Shown here: piece after piece, positions 1 to 8,827 of the stretch
Numbering within the stretch: the stretch's first letter is position 1
Layout of the letters: the number at the start of each line of letters is the position of its first letter
The notes under the pieces: generated by a model
The model's database searches: none
What the model saw: only the letters and a program-made list of their open reading frames with translations
What the model was told of the DNA's origin: nothing
Program-made: the position numbers and the translations under genes
Origin: Lentisphaeria bacterium
GTDB lineage: Bacteria > Verrucomicrobiota > Lentisphaeria > Victivallales > Victivallaceae
Assembly: GCA_017628235.1 (NCBI GenBank)
Contig: JAGBZM010000003.1
Span: 1 to 54,228, forward strand
Length of the DNA: 54,228 nucleotides
Direction of reading: 5' to 3'

Positions 1-321
1 AGGCAGCACCTCTGAATGGAGGCGATGTTGCGCAAGGCGGGCCTTGCGTAACGGTTGAGCCGCAATGAATAGAAACATCCGCCGGTTGGATCAAACCGTA
101 AAAAATAAGAATCAGCCTCCGGGGGCTTACCCGGACGTGGGCCGGCGGCGGAACGCCGGTCGCCGCCACAAGCGGCGAAACTTCGCGCAGCGGTTACGCT
201 GCCACAAGGCAGCACTTCTGAATGGAGGCGATGTTGCACAAGGCGGGCCTTGCGTAACGGTTGAGCCGCAATGAATAGAAACATCCGCCGGTTGGATCAA
301 ACCGTAAAAAATAAGAATCTG
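1..321. repeat. Tandem direct repeat: a conserved module of about 113-115 bp occurs twice (1-115 and 207-321) with a 206-bp period, separated by a non-homologous GC-rich spacer
   Basis: Direct comparison of the two copies shows only 2 substitutions (module positions 10 and 32). Similarity decays after ...aagaatc. The window starts inside or at a module, so more copies may lie upstream. Confidence 0.9.
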
Positions 322-473
322 CCCCCGGCGGCAACGTGCCGCTGCGATAAGCGCGCCTTCGCTGCGCCGGGCGCGGTTTGGGATCTGCCCGCATTACCCC
401 CTTGGAGCAGTCTGTACAGTCCGTTTTTGTCCGGACCTGTCCGTTTTGCGACCGTCCAAAAATTTCCGTCAGA

Positions 474-1499
474 TTATTTTTCGATGGAAAATTCGTACCG
501 GGTGATGCTGTGATGCGGTTTGCCCGGTTCCACCCTGATGGAGGGGAAGTCCGGATGATTCACTGCATCGGGCCAGGCCTGAGTTTCCAGACAGAAGCCG
601 CTGTTATGCTCATAACAACTTTTGCCGTTGATTTCATGATCGAGGCAATATCCCATATAGATCTGCACTCCGGGACGGCTGGTGTGTACCGCTAATTTGA
701 TTTTGGAGTCGCTCCCGGTAACAATTACCGCATTTTCCTGATAGTTATGATCGGCATGGCTCAGGACAAAGTTATTGTCAAAACCTTCGGGGAGGTCTTG
801 GAGGATATCGCGGAATTTCCGTCCATTACGCAGATCATAAGGAGTTCCGGTGACATCGATCAGTTTGCCGGTCGGCTGCAGATATTTGTCAGTTTCGGTA
901 ATGAAATCCGCTTTGGCGGTAATGGAGTGTCCGGCACAGTTTCCGGCATTTTCCCCATCGAGATTGAAGTAGGTGTGGGTGGTGAAGTCGGCTGCTGTCG
1001 GGCGGTCACTTTCGGCGGAAATTTCCAGTTCCAGAGTGTGATTGGGCAACAGCCGGTAAGCGGCCCGGACGAAAAGGTTTCCGGGATAACCGGCGTCTCC
1101 GTCCGGACTTTTCAATGTGAGAGTCAACTCGCTGGCTGTGGCATTTTCCACCTCCCAGAGCCGGTGGGAATAACCGAATCCGCCATGCAGTGAACAGATA
1201 TTGTTATCGTTGAGAAAAAGTTGGTATATTTTTCCGTCAAAGGTAAATCTGCCGCCGGAAATACGGTTGGGTACCCGGCCGACCAAAGTTCCCAGATACC
1301 GGGGATTGTCGAGGTATACTTCCGGATTTTTCCATCCCAGAACCACATCGCGCAAATTGCCTTGAACATCCCGGGTGTAAAGCGAAACGACACAGCCGCC
1401 GAAATTGGTGATATCAGCTCCGAAACCATCCGGAAGACGCAGTTTGAAAAGTTTTGCTTCCCGTTTATCCGGGAGTGTGAAAAATTTTTCGCCCGTCAT
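474..1499 (-). CDS. galM: Aldose 1-epimerase (galactose mutarotase)
   Basis: 341-aa ORF with family motifs GRVPNRISGGRFTFDGKIYQL, SLHGGFGYSHRLW, THTYFNL and CLETQAWPDAVNHPDFP. Confidence 0.9.
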   Translation of the reverse strand: MTGEKFFTLPDKREAKLFKLRLPDGFGADITNFGGCVVSLYTRDVQGNLRDVVLGWKNPEVYLDNPRYLGTLVGRVPNRISGGRFTFDGKIYQLFLNDNNICSLHGGFGYSHRLWEVENATASELTLTLKSPDGDAGYPGNLFVRAAYRLLPNHTLELEISAESDRPTAADFTTHTYFNLDGENAGNCAGHSITAKADFITETDKYLQPTGKLIDVTGTPYDLRNGRKFRDILQDLPEGFDNNFVLSHADHNYQENAVIVTGSDSKIKLAVHTSRPGVQIYMGYCLDHEINGKSCYEHNSGFCLETQAWPDAVNHPDFPSIRVEPGKPHHSITRYEFSIEK

Positions 1500-1517
1500 A
1501 TTTATCTCCTTGTATGT

Positions 1518-2438
1518 TTACGCTTCAGTACTCCGGAGCAGTTCCAGAGCGTTATTTCTGCCGACTTGCACCAATTCATCTGCCGTCAGGAAGTCCAGCG
1601 AAGCCAGAAATTTCATGCAGTCGCTCATCGTCGAAGCAGAACCGACCAGACACTGCTTGTCCGGATTGAAAAGTTTGCCGTCCGGATAAAGCACCGCCCG
1701 GTTGCCGAGCGTACTGTATTCTCCCGGCGGGAAGCCGGTCAGACTCGAAGCATCACTGGTGACGATGGTTTTGTCAACTCCTTTCACCCGGATGATGATT
1801 TTGATCAGTTCCGCCGGGAGATGGTGGCCGTCGGTGATGATCATGGCGGTCAACCTTTCTTCGGCCATTCCGGCATAAACCGGATTGCGGTGACGGTCGA
1901 TCATATTCGGGCAGCCGTTGCCCAGATGAGTGAGCAGCTGCGCCCCGGCATCAGCGGCTGAACGGACCTGATGGTAATCGGCCATGTGGTGTCCGACACT
2001 GACTGCGACATGGTGCTGCCGGAGATAGGTGACTGCTTCAGCGGCATTTTCGCAATCGGCGCCGAGGGTGACGATTTTGATTTTGCCATCGGCGGCGTTG
2101 AGCAGTCTGTCGATATTTTCCGTTGTCGGAGTGCAGGTGCAAGCCGGATCGTGCGCTCCGACAGCCCCGGAAACCGGAGAGATGAAAGGCCCTTCAAAAT
2201 GGATGCCGGGAATATGCCTGGTCAGACCGTATTTCTCAACGGTTTCCATAATCAGAGAAGCGTTGCGGCAGATTTTATCCAGCGGACCGGTGATGATGGT
2301 CGGCAGGAATATTTCAGTGCCGGATGCAATAAGTTCCTCTGCGGACTTGATGAATTTTCCGGCGGTCAATGCCGGATCGCTGTAATCAATGCCGTTGTGA
2401 CCGTTGACCTGCAGGTCAACCCAGCCTGGATTGAACAT
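1518..2438 (-). CDS. N-acetylglucosamine-6-phosphate deacetylase-like amidohydrolase, short form
   Basis: 306-aa ORF with SD GGAGGG about 5 nt upstream of the ATG. NagA-like motifs DLQVNG, HFEGPF, VGHHMA, THLGNG and ITDGHH. It starts directly at the barrel and lacks the N-terminal beta-sandwich strands. Located 18 nt upstream of galM on the same strand. Confidence 0.75.
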   Translation of the reverse strand: MFNPGWVDLQVNGHNGIDYSDPALTAGKFIKSAEELIASGTEIFLPTIITGPLDKICRNASLIMETVEKYGLTRHIPGIHFEGPFISPVSGAVGAHDPACTCTPTTENIDRLLNAADGKIKIVTLGADCENAAEAVTYLRQHHVAVSVGHHMADYHQVRSAADAGAQLLTHLGNGCPNMIDRHRNPVYAGMAEERLTAMIITDGHHLPAELIKIIIRVKGVDKTIVTSDASSLTGFPPGEYSTLGNRAVLYPDGKLFNPDKQCLVGSASTMSDCMKFLASLDFLTADELVQVGRNNALELLRSTEA

Positions 2439-2648
2439 TTTTTCCCTCCGTTTATAAAAAATGATGCAAATACTTGTTTTCTCACAGTACGGATGTTAAT
2501 ATACAGCGGCAGAAGTGAGAATGCAAATGGGAATATTTATGAAAAATTTTAAAAAAATCACTTGAAGTTTCAACCTTCCGAGTATAAAGTATAAACCAAG
2601 CAGCGCGTGAGCGCAACAGTAAAAACAAAATTTCAGGAGAAAACAAGT

Positions 2649-3365
2649 ATGATGTGGCTTGGAATCGTCGTCATGGTCATCGGTTTTATCGGTGTCCTTA
2701 TTTGTGCAAAAATCCAGCGGACCAATCCGTCCATCCAGCCGGTTGCCTTTTTGTGCGCGCTGGTGATGCTCGCCGGTTTGGGGATCTATTTCTGGATGTA
2801 CATGTTTCCGCCGCCGGACAGAAGCGGAGAGATCTTCCGGATGTCAGTTGCGGCCAAAGTGGCTTCCGAATTGAAAGGTCAGAAACTCACCTGGCTGGCG
2901 TCAGATACCACCAGCGAATATGCTCAGAAGATCAAAGCGGCATTTGAGGCTGCCGGCGGTTCCGCCGAGTGGGTCGAGGCCGGCGGCGGCGATATGGGTA
3001 TGGTCAATCCCGATGAGTTCAAAAAGATCATCGAAGGTCTCGGCGCGGATGATGTGGTCGTCGTGGATATTTCTCTGATGGAGATCGGCAACACCTTTGA
3101 TAAACTGCTCCGCAACGCCAAAGGCCCCAAGTACTTCCTTACGGACAGTGCTTCTCACCTCATGGGCATGAGAAATGCGGCTAAAGCGTTTGAAAACGGC
3201 ACCATTATCGGAGCGATCATCCCGCAGGACAAGATCGATGTCGAATTCAAACCGGATGAAGATGAACTGGATGAGGCATTCGATGCCCGTTATCAGGTCG
3301 TCAAAAAAGATAACTACAAAAGCTTCCTGGAACAGCTCGGTCTCAATACCGGCAAGCGCAAGTAA
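2649..3365 (+). CDS. Hypothetical membrane protein (2 N-terminal TM helices plus a soluble alpha/beta domain)
   Basis: The ORF track starts at a GTG at 2607. ATG 2649 is preferred because AGGAGA lies 8 nt upstream. Hydrophobic segments are MMWLGIVVMVIGFIGVLICA and VAFLCALVMLAGLGIYFWMYMF. No recognisable family. Confidence 0.6.
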   Translation: MMWLGIVVMVIGFIGVLICAKIQRTNPSIQPVAFLCALVMLAGLGIYFWMYMFPPPDRSGEIFRMSVAAKVASELKGQKLTWLASDTTSEYAQKIKAAFEAAGGSAEWVEAGGGDMGMVNPDEFKKIIEGLGADDVVVVDISLMEIGNTFDKLLRNAKGPKYFLTDSASHLMGMRNAAKAFENGTIIGAIIPQDKIDVEFKPDEDELDEAFDARYQVVKKDNYKSFLEQLGLNTGKRK

Positions 3366-3384
3366 TTCAGGAGCAGTGCAGATT

Positions 3385-3417
3385 ATGCGCCGGGAACTGA
3401 TTCCGGCGCATTTTTTA
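3385..3417 (+). terminator. Intrinsic terminator after the 2649-3365 gene
   Basis: 9-bp stem ATGCGCCGG/CCGGCGCAT with a 9-nt loop, followed by TTTTTT. Confidence 0.7.
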
Positions 3418-3501
3418 GTTTCCGGCGGGCGGTGAAACGCAAATGCCGGTAAAAATTTCACAATAACAGTCAACAATCAGTTGTTTTATAAAAGGTAAAT
3501 C

Positions 3502-3993
3502 ATGATTACAATCAAAACCACTAAAGGCGATATCAAACTGGAGTTGGATGCCGCTGCCGCCCCTGAAACCGTGAAAAATTTTCTCTCTTATGTCAGCGAG
3601 GGATTCTACAACGGTACTGTTTTTCACCGTGTTATTCCCGGATTCATGATCCAGGGCGGCGGATTTGATACCGACTTCGTTCAGAAAAAGACTCATGCTC
3701 CAATCAAAAACGAAGCTGCCAATCAACTGCCCAATAAACGCGGGACGATCGCGATGGCGCGGACAATGGTGGTGGATTCTGCTACCAGCCAATTCTTTAT
3801 CAATCTGGTGGATAACGACTTTTTGAACTTCAAAGCTCCGATCCCGCAATATTACGGCTATTGCGTTTTCGGCAAAGTTGTCGAAGGTATGGACGTGGTG
3901 GATGCTATCGCCCAAGTGGAAACTTCTTCCCGGGGAATGCATCAGGATGTGCCGGTCGAAAACGTCACCATCCTTGAAGTGACCGCCGACTGA
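3502..3993 (+). CDS. ppiB: Peptidyl-prolyl cis-trans isomerase, cyclophilin type (cytoplasmic)
   Basis: 163 aa with the cyclophilin signature [14 protein letters not shown]...KRGTIAMAR...SQFFINL and no signal peptide. Confidence 0.93.
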   Translation: MITIKTTKGDIKLELDAAAAPETVKNFLSYVSEGFYNGTVFHRVIPGFMIQGGGFDTDFVQKKTHAPIKNEAANQLPNKRGTIAMARTMVVDSATSQFFINLVDNDFLNFKAPIPQYYGYCVFGKVVEGMDVVDAIAQVETSSRGMHQDVPVENVTILEVTAD

Positions 3994-4022
3994 CAGAGCT
4001 TGTCTGTTCCCGTAAAATCTGC

Positions 4023-4069
4023 AGGGCTGCTGTACAAATACCAAAAGTGAACAGCAGCCCTTATTTATT
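4023..4069. terminator. Hairpin between convergent ppiB and the lipoprotein gene (probable bidirectional terminator)
   Basis: 11-bp stem AGGGCTGCTGT/ACAGCAGCCCT, with T-rich tracts on both sides when read on either strand. Confidence 0.6.
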
Positions 4070-4112
4070 GCCGCAGTGATTTTTCAACTGGAAAATTCCG
4101 GTGCGGTGCGGC

Positions 4113-4601
4113 TTATTTTTCCGGCTGCCAACGGAGAAATTCGGCGCGGATGACCCGGGTGAAATGGTTGGCACTGCCGGAAGTTGTGGAAGTCCGGTTG
4201 CGCCGGGTATTGACAAAATCCCGGTTGACATCGGTGTAGATCTGTTTCCAGTTGCCCTCTGTTTCATCGTAGTCCAGTGCGGTCATGAATGCCGGTGAAG
4301 TGCTGGCTTCATCCAAATCGGAAATCACTTGATGTTCAACGATCAGAATGGCATTGGCTCCGGATTCGGCGGCTTTTTGCCGGAGTTTGGAGATCATCCG
4401 GTCACGGGAGACCTCCTGATAGTTGCCCCGGGCGGTGGCCTGACCGAGAACCTCATACTTTCTGGTGATCTTTGACGAATCGGTAAATACTGCGATTTTG
4501 GTGTCACTTTCACCGGCAGCGACAGTTTTTCCGGTGTATTCGATGCTGACACAGCCGCTTAATATGGCGGCCGCAGACAAAATTACCAACAATTTTTTCA
4601 T
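4113..4601 (-). CDS. Lipoprotein of unknown function
   Basis: Internal ATG at 4601 chosen, preceded by GGAGAGA. The N-terminus MKKLLVILSAAAILSGC is a signal peptide with a lipobox. The upstream part of the 214-aa ORF has no coding character. Confidence 0.7.
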   Translation of the reverse strand: MKKLLVILSAAAILSGCVSIEYTGKTVAAGESDTKIAVFTDSSKITRKYEVLGQATARGNYQEVSRDRMISKLRQKAAESGANAILIVEHQVISDLDEASTSPAFMTALDYDETEGNWKQIYTDVNRDFVNTRRNRTSTTSGSANHFTRVIRAEFLRWQPEK

Positions 4602-4725
4602 AAAATATCTCTCCTGTTTTGCAGAAAATCGCGTTGGCCGCAGGGTGCGGGTGCGGCAAAATTCCGGTTTTATACATAATTTAATACGGTTGAAGCAATT
4701 TTTCAAGTTTTGCTGTTTGATTTTA

Positions 4726-4752
4726 TTGACAGTCGGTATTATTTTATATAAT
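4726..4752 (+). promoter_or_regulatory. Sigma-70-like promoter candidate for dapA
   Basis: TTGACA (4726-4731), a 15-nt spacer, then TATAAT (4747-4752). The spacer is shorter than optimal. Confidence 0.45.
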
Positions 4753-4801
4753 GACACAAGTTTTGATATTGTAACTTTATTTGAGGAAAGAGCCGGAGAT
4801 T

Positions 4802-5671
4802 ATGAATCTGCAGGGTGTTTATACTGCGCTGGTAACCCCGTTCCGCAACGGGGAAGTTGATTATGAAGCATTTGAAGCGTTGCTGGAACGGCAGATAGCC
4901 GGAAAAGTCGCCGGAGTGGTTCCGGTCGGAACTACCGGTGAATCACCGACGCTTTCTCCGGAGGAACACATCCGGGTCATCGCCCGTACGGTGGAGATCG
5001 TCAACGGACGTTGTCAGGTCATCGCCGGCAGCGGAGCCAACTCCACCGAAGAGGCCATCCATCTGACCCGGGAGGCGAAAGCCGCAGGAGCTGATGCATC
5101 TCTGCAGGTGACTCCCTATTACAACAAACCCACGCAGGAGGGGATTTACCGTCACTTTTCCGTCATCGCGGAAAAAAGTCAGCTGCCGGTGGTGTTGTAT
5201 AACGTCCCCGGACGGGCCGGAGTGCCGATCGCGGTGGAAACGATCGCCCGGTTGGCGGATAACCCTCTGATGGTGGCCGTCAAAGAAGCCGGCGGCAGTG
5301 TCGACCGGGTGTCCGCGATCAAAGATATTTGCGATATTACCGTGTTGAGTGGGGATGATTCGCTTACTCTGCCGATGATGTCGGTCGGTGCGGCAGGTAT
5401 CATCAGTGTCGCTTCCAACATCATTCCCGGAGAGTTGTCGGAGATGGTCGCTCTGGCTCTCAAAGGGGACTTTGCCGGGGCACTCAAGTTTCACCGGAAA
5501 TATTACGCGCTTTTCCGCGATCTGTTTATTGAGAGCAATCCCATTCCGGTCAAAGCGGCGATGGCTCTGCGCGGTGAGATCACCTGTGAATATCGTCTGC
5601 CGCTGTGTGAATTGAGTGCGGCGCATCAGGAAAATTTGAGCGATACACTGAAAAGGTGCGGCTTGCTCTGA
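4802..5671 (+). CDS. dapA: 4-hydroxy-tetrahydrodipicolinate synthase
   Basis: ATG at 4802 follows GGAG. Motifs are GVYTALVTPF, GTTGESPTLS and YNKPTQEG, with the typical length. Confidence 0.93.
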   Translation: MNLQGVYTALVTPFRNGEVDYEAFEALLERQIAGKVAGVVPVGTTGESPTLSPEEHIRVIARTVEIVNGRCQVIAGSGANSTEEAIHLTREAKAAGADASLQVTPYYNKPTQEGIYRHFSVIAEKSQLPVVLYNVPGRAGVPIAVETIARLADNPLMVAVKEAGGSVDRVSAIKDICDITVLSGDDSLTLPMMSVGAAGIISVASNIIPGELSEMVALALKGDFAGALKFHRKYYALFRDLFIESNPIPVKAAMALRGEITCEYRLPLCELSAAHQENLSDTLKRCGLL

Positions 5672-5752
5672 TTTACGGGAATCGGTATTTGGGGGTTTGA
5701 CCGGGCGGATATTCCGGTCAAACCATTTATATTTACGTGAGAGGGAGAAAAT

Positions 5753-6943
5753 ATGTTTTTGCTCCGGTTATTGAGTTATTTTGTGCCGTTTGCGGTCAAT
5801 TTTCTGCAAGGCGGATTTTTCTTTATCACCAGTTACCGCTTTGCGGAGGCCGGATGTTCCGGAGTTGTGATCGGCGGAGCATTGACTGCATGGGGGGCCG
5901 CCTACTGTCTGGTTACGATGATAACCGGCAGGCTTGCCAATATTTCCAATGCGTTGAAGTTTATCCTTTCCGGCGGTGGGATATTGACTCTTTCCTCTCT
6001 CGGATTTATTATTTTTTCCGGTGTTTATACTCAATTTCTATGGCTCTTTACTGCGGGTGTCGGTGCGGCACTTTTCTGTGCGCCGTTTCAGCTTTTTGCC
6101 AAATCCATTGAAAGCGGCAGCAATGAATCTCACGGTACAGTCTGGGCAACTTCTTTTTACACGATGACCTGGAGTGTCGGGTTCGCTTCCGGGCCGCTGG
6201 CATTTGCCCGGTTGTCTGTCCGAAGCGGTTTTATCGTGACTCTGATCCTTTCGCTGGCGGTGGTAATCAGTGTGCTGCTTATTGCTTTCCGGCGGCGTAA
6301 TGGTGCCGGAAGCCGGGAGTGTGCGGCATCAGATGCGGTTGCCGCGCAAGCCGGACAAACAGAGTATCCGGAGAAATATTTTACCAGATTGGCCATTCTC
6401 GGGTGGATCGTGGGAGGCTTGGGTACAGTCACCATCTGCCAGCTCCGGTCAATGTGGCCGAAATTGGGCAGCGATCTGGGGATCGCCCGGTATCATGTGG
6501 CGTATGTGCTGGCTCTGGTCAGTTATGCCCAGGCCCTGACGGCCCTGCTGCTTTGCCGCAGCCGGAATTGGATGTGCCGGAGATTTCCGTCCCTGCTTAT
6601 GAATGTGCCGGGGATTGCGGCGTTGCTGATTTTTGCTTTTGCCGGAAATACCTGCTGCTTCTATCTGGCGGCACTGCTTTACGGCATTTATTCCGGATGC
6701 ATGTATTTTTATCTGGTGTACCATTCGCTCGCTCACCCGGTCAGGAACAGCTTTTTTGTCGCCGGTAATGAAGTTATCGTCGGCGTAACCAGTATGCTGT
6801 CTCCGTTTATCGGCGGTATGCTGCTGGATATTTCCGGACGGAGCAATGCACCGTTTATCTTTGCCGCAGCGGTGATATTGCTGGCGTTGGCAATCCAATG
6901 GCTAATATTGAAACCTGGCAGCTCATCGGAGGATCGACTGTGA
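5753..6943 (+). CDS. MFS-type transporter (about 12 TM helices)
   Basis: 396-aa highly hydrophobic ORF with repeated 6+6 helix organisation. Substrate unknown. Confidence 0.75.
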   Translation: MFLLRLLSYFVPFAVNFLQGGFFFITSYRFAEAGCSGVVIGGALTAWGAAYCLVTMITGRLANISNALKFILSGGGILTLSSLGFIIFSGVYTQFLWLFTAGVGAALFCAPFQLFAKSIESGSNESHGTVWATSFYTMTWSVGFASGPLAFARLSVRSGFIVTLILSLAVVISVLLIAFRRRNGAGSRECAASDAVAAQAGQTEYPEKYFTRLAILGWIVGGLGTVTICQLRSMWPKLGSDLGIARYHVAYVLALVSYAQALTALLLCRSRNWMCRRFPSLLMNVPGIAALLIFAFAGNTCCFYLAALLYGIYSGCMYFYLVYHSLAHPVRNSFFVAGNEVIVGVTSMLSPFIGGMLLDISGRSNAPFIFAAAVILLALAIQWLILKPGSSSEDRL

Positions 6944-8769
6944 ATATTGCTGAATTTCAAAAAAGATTGCAGGATAATATCCTGGTATTTGACGGCGGAT
7001 TCGGAACCGAATTGTACCGGAGAAACTTTTTTGTCAATACCTCTTACGATGAATTGTCCCTGACCTCTCCGCAGGTCGTGACCTCCATCCATCAAGCTTA
7101 TGTCGAGGCCGGAGCAGAAGTATTGACCACCAATACCTACAATGCCAATTCCGCAGCATTGCAGCAGTTCGGCATTGCCGACCTGACGGAAAAGATTAAC
7201 CATGCTGCCATCGCTGCCGCCCGCAAAGCGGCTGCCGGGCATCCGGAAATATTGATCGCCGGTTCAATGGGGCCGGCCGTAAAAGAACGCCGGAGTGCCG
7301 TTGCCGAACAGTGCCGCTATCTGATCTCCGGCGGGGCAGACATTGTTATTTTTGAATCCATTTCGCGTATGGAAGAGTTGGAAACTGCCTTGACGGCATT
7401 GACGGATGACCGGACGGCGGCGGTGATAAGTTTTGTACTTTCCGCAGAGGCTCAGTTGGCTGACGGCAGTTCATGGGAAGCCGTTTTGCAGAGATTGCAG
7501 AGCGCGGCAGTTCCCCCGGCTGCACTCGGTCTGAATTGCGGTACCGGGCCGGAAACGACTCTGGCGGCTCTGGAAAAAATCATCCGTCAAACTCCGTATC
7601 CGCTGATCGTCCAACCAGGTTCGGGAGTGCCGAAAAATGTCGATAATCGCTTTATGCAAATGACCACTCCGGAATATTTCACCACTTATTCTATGCGTTA
7701 TTTGAATCTGGGCGCGCGCGGACTCGGCGGCTGTTGCGGAATCACCCCGGAACATATTTCCGATATGGTGCGTTCTCTCAAACCGCTGGCCGCAGGGGCC
7801 GCTAAAAATATCCCGGTGATCGAAGTGAAAGAACAGGAGGAATTGCCCCCTGTGCCGCTGGAAAAAAAGAGTTCGCTTGCTGCCAAACTCGCACAAGGAA
7901 AATTTGTCCGGCTGGTCGAATTGACCCCTCCCAAAGGATTTGATTTGACCGCAACAGTGGAAAAAGCAAAAATCTGTGCCGCAGCCGGCATCGATGCCAT
8001 AAATATCCCCGACGGACCACGCGCCAGCTGCCGCGTTTCCCAAATCATCACCGCTATCGAAATTCAGGAAAAAGCCGGTATCGAAACCGTTGTCCACTGC
8101 TGCGCCCGCGACCGCAATCTGATCAGTTTGCAATCCATGATCCTGGGATGTATGGCCAAAAAATTGCAGAATATCCTCTTTATTACCGGTGATCCGCCGA
8201 AATTGGGCGATTATCCGTTCAGTTCCGGTGTGTTTGATGTGGATGCCATCGGCATGGTCAAACTGCAATCACGGTTGAACCGGGGAATCGATGCCGGCGG
8301 ACAACTCCTCGGTAATGGCGTACAAACCGCCATCACCGCCGGCGTGGGCGCCGATCCCAACGCCATCGATATGGAACGCGAATACCGTCGTCTGGATGAA
8401 AAAATCGAGGCCGGTGCCGAATTTATTATCACTCAACCAGTCTTCGATCCGCCCACTTTGCTGAATTTTATTCAGAAATTGCGCCGCAAACATGATATCC
8501 CGGTCATTGCCGGAGTGTGGCCTTTTGCCAGTTACCGCAATGCCCTTTTTATGAAAAATGAAGTCCCCGGAGTCGTAGTGCCGGATTGGATCATGACCGC
8601 AATGGAAAACGCCGGAGATAAAGATGCCCAAAGAGAAGAAGGCATCCGGATCGCCAGAAAAATCCTGGATGAAATTTCCCCGGAAATCAACGGCGTAGCC
8701 ACCAGTGCTCCATTCGGCAACGTAAACACCGCCCTATCCTTACTTTCTTTTCACGGGAAAAGAAAGTAA
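6940..8769 (+). CDS. Bifunctional homocysteine S-methyltransferase / 5,10-methylenetetrahydrofolate reductase (YitJ type)
   Basis: The N-terminal Hcy-binding domain has GGCCGITPEHI and the C-terminal MTHFR domain has ITQPVFD. GTG 6940 is preferred as start: GGAGGA lies 6 nt upstream and there is a GTGA overlap with the MFS stop. The track ATG 6898 is the alternative. Confidence 0.85.
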   Translation: MNIAEFQKRLQDNILVFDGGFGTELYRRNFFVNTSYDELSLTSPQVVTSIHQAYVEAGAEVLTTNTYNANSAALQQFGIADLTEKINHAAIAAARKAAAGHPEILIAGSMGPAVKERRSAVAEQCRYLISGGADIVIFESISRMEELETALTALTDDRTAAVISFVLSAEAQLADGSSWEAVLQRLQSAAVPPAALGLNCGTGPETTLAALEKIIRQTPYPLIVQPGSGVPKNVDNRFMQMTTPEYFTTYSMRYLNLGARGLGGCCGITPEHISDMVRSLKPLAAGAAKNIPVIEVKEQEELPPVPLEKKSSLAAKLAQGKFVRLVELTPPKGFDLTATVEKAKICAAAGIDAINIPDGPRASCRVSQIITAIEIQEKAGIETVVHCCARDRNLISLQSMILGCMAKKLQNILFITGDPPKLGDYPFSSGVFDVDAIGMVKLQSRLNRGIDAGGQLLGNGVQTAITAGVGADPNAIDMEREYRRLDEKIEAGAEFIITQPVFDPPTLLNFIQKLRRKHDIPVIAGVWPFASYRNALFMKNEVPGVVVPDWIMTAMENAGDKDAQREEGIRIARKILDEISPEINGVATSAPFGNVNTALSLLSFHGKRK

Positions 8770-8770
8770 G

Positions 8771-8810
8771 CAAAGAAAAAGGGTTAAGTGCCGCCGTGAA
8801 GCGGCACTTA
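8771..8810 (-). terminator. Intrinsic terminator of clpB
   Basis: 10-bp stem TAAGTGCCGC/GCGGCACTTA (8785-8810). On the minus strand it is followed by CCCTTTTTCTTTG. Confidence 0.6.
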
Positions 8811-8827
8811 CGGTTGAGCATAATTGC

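Noticed and set aside
263-294. Group II intron domain-V-like sequence (GAGCCG...GAAA...CGGTTG)
   Set aside because: The AGC/GUU base pairing and a GAAA are present. The upper helix does not pair, the loop is not a closed GNRA tetraloop, and there is no RT/maturase ORF or other intron domain.
1-400. Possible CRISPR array, because of repeated units with variable spacers
   Set aside because: The repeat is about 115 bp, far longer than CRISPR repeats. Only two copies are visible, the intervening segments are about 90 bp and GC-hairpin rich, and no cas genes lie nearby.
65-513. Two ORFs (65-274 and 271-513) both starting MNRNIRRLDQTVKNKN
   Set aside because: Their shared N-termini are simply the repeated DNA module. 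The translations are Arg/Pro/Ala-rich low-complexity sequence without an SD, and they diverge completely where the repeat ends.
4602-4757. N-terminal 52-codon extension of the lipoprotein ORF (track start 4757)
   Set aside because: The extension is AT-rich and overlaps the dapA promoter region. It lacks an SD and would bury the signal peptide and lipobox. The internal ATG at 4601 has a good SD.
8806-8820. The 10-nt word ACGGTTGAGC following a hairpin, also present in the left-edge repeat module (51-60 and 257-266)
   Set aside because: A single 10-mer match in a 54-kb window is within chance expectation, and the flanking sequence does not align. It is noted only in case a genome-wide search links them.
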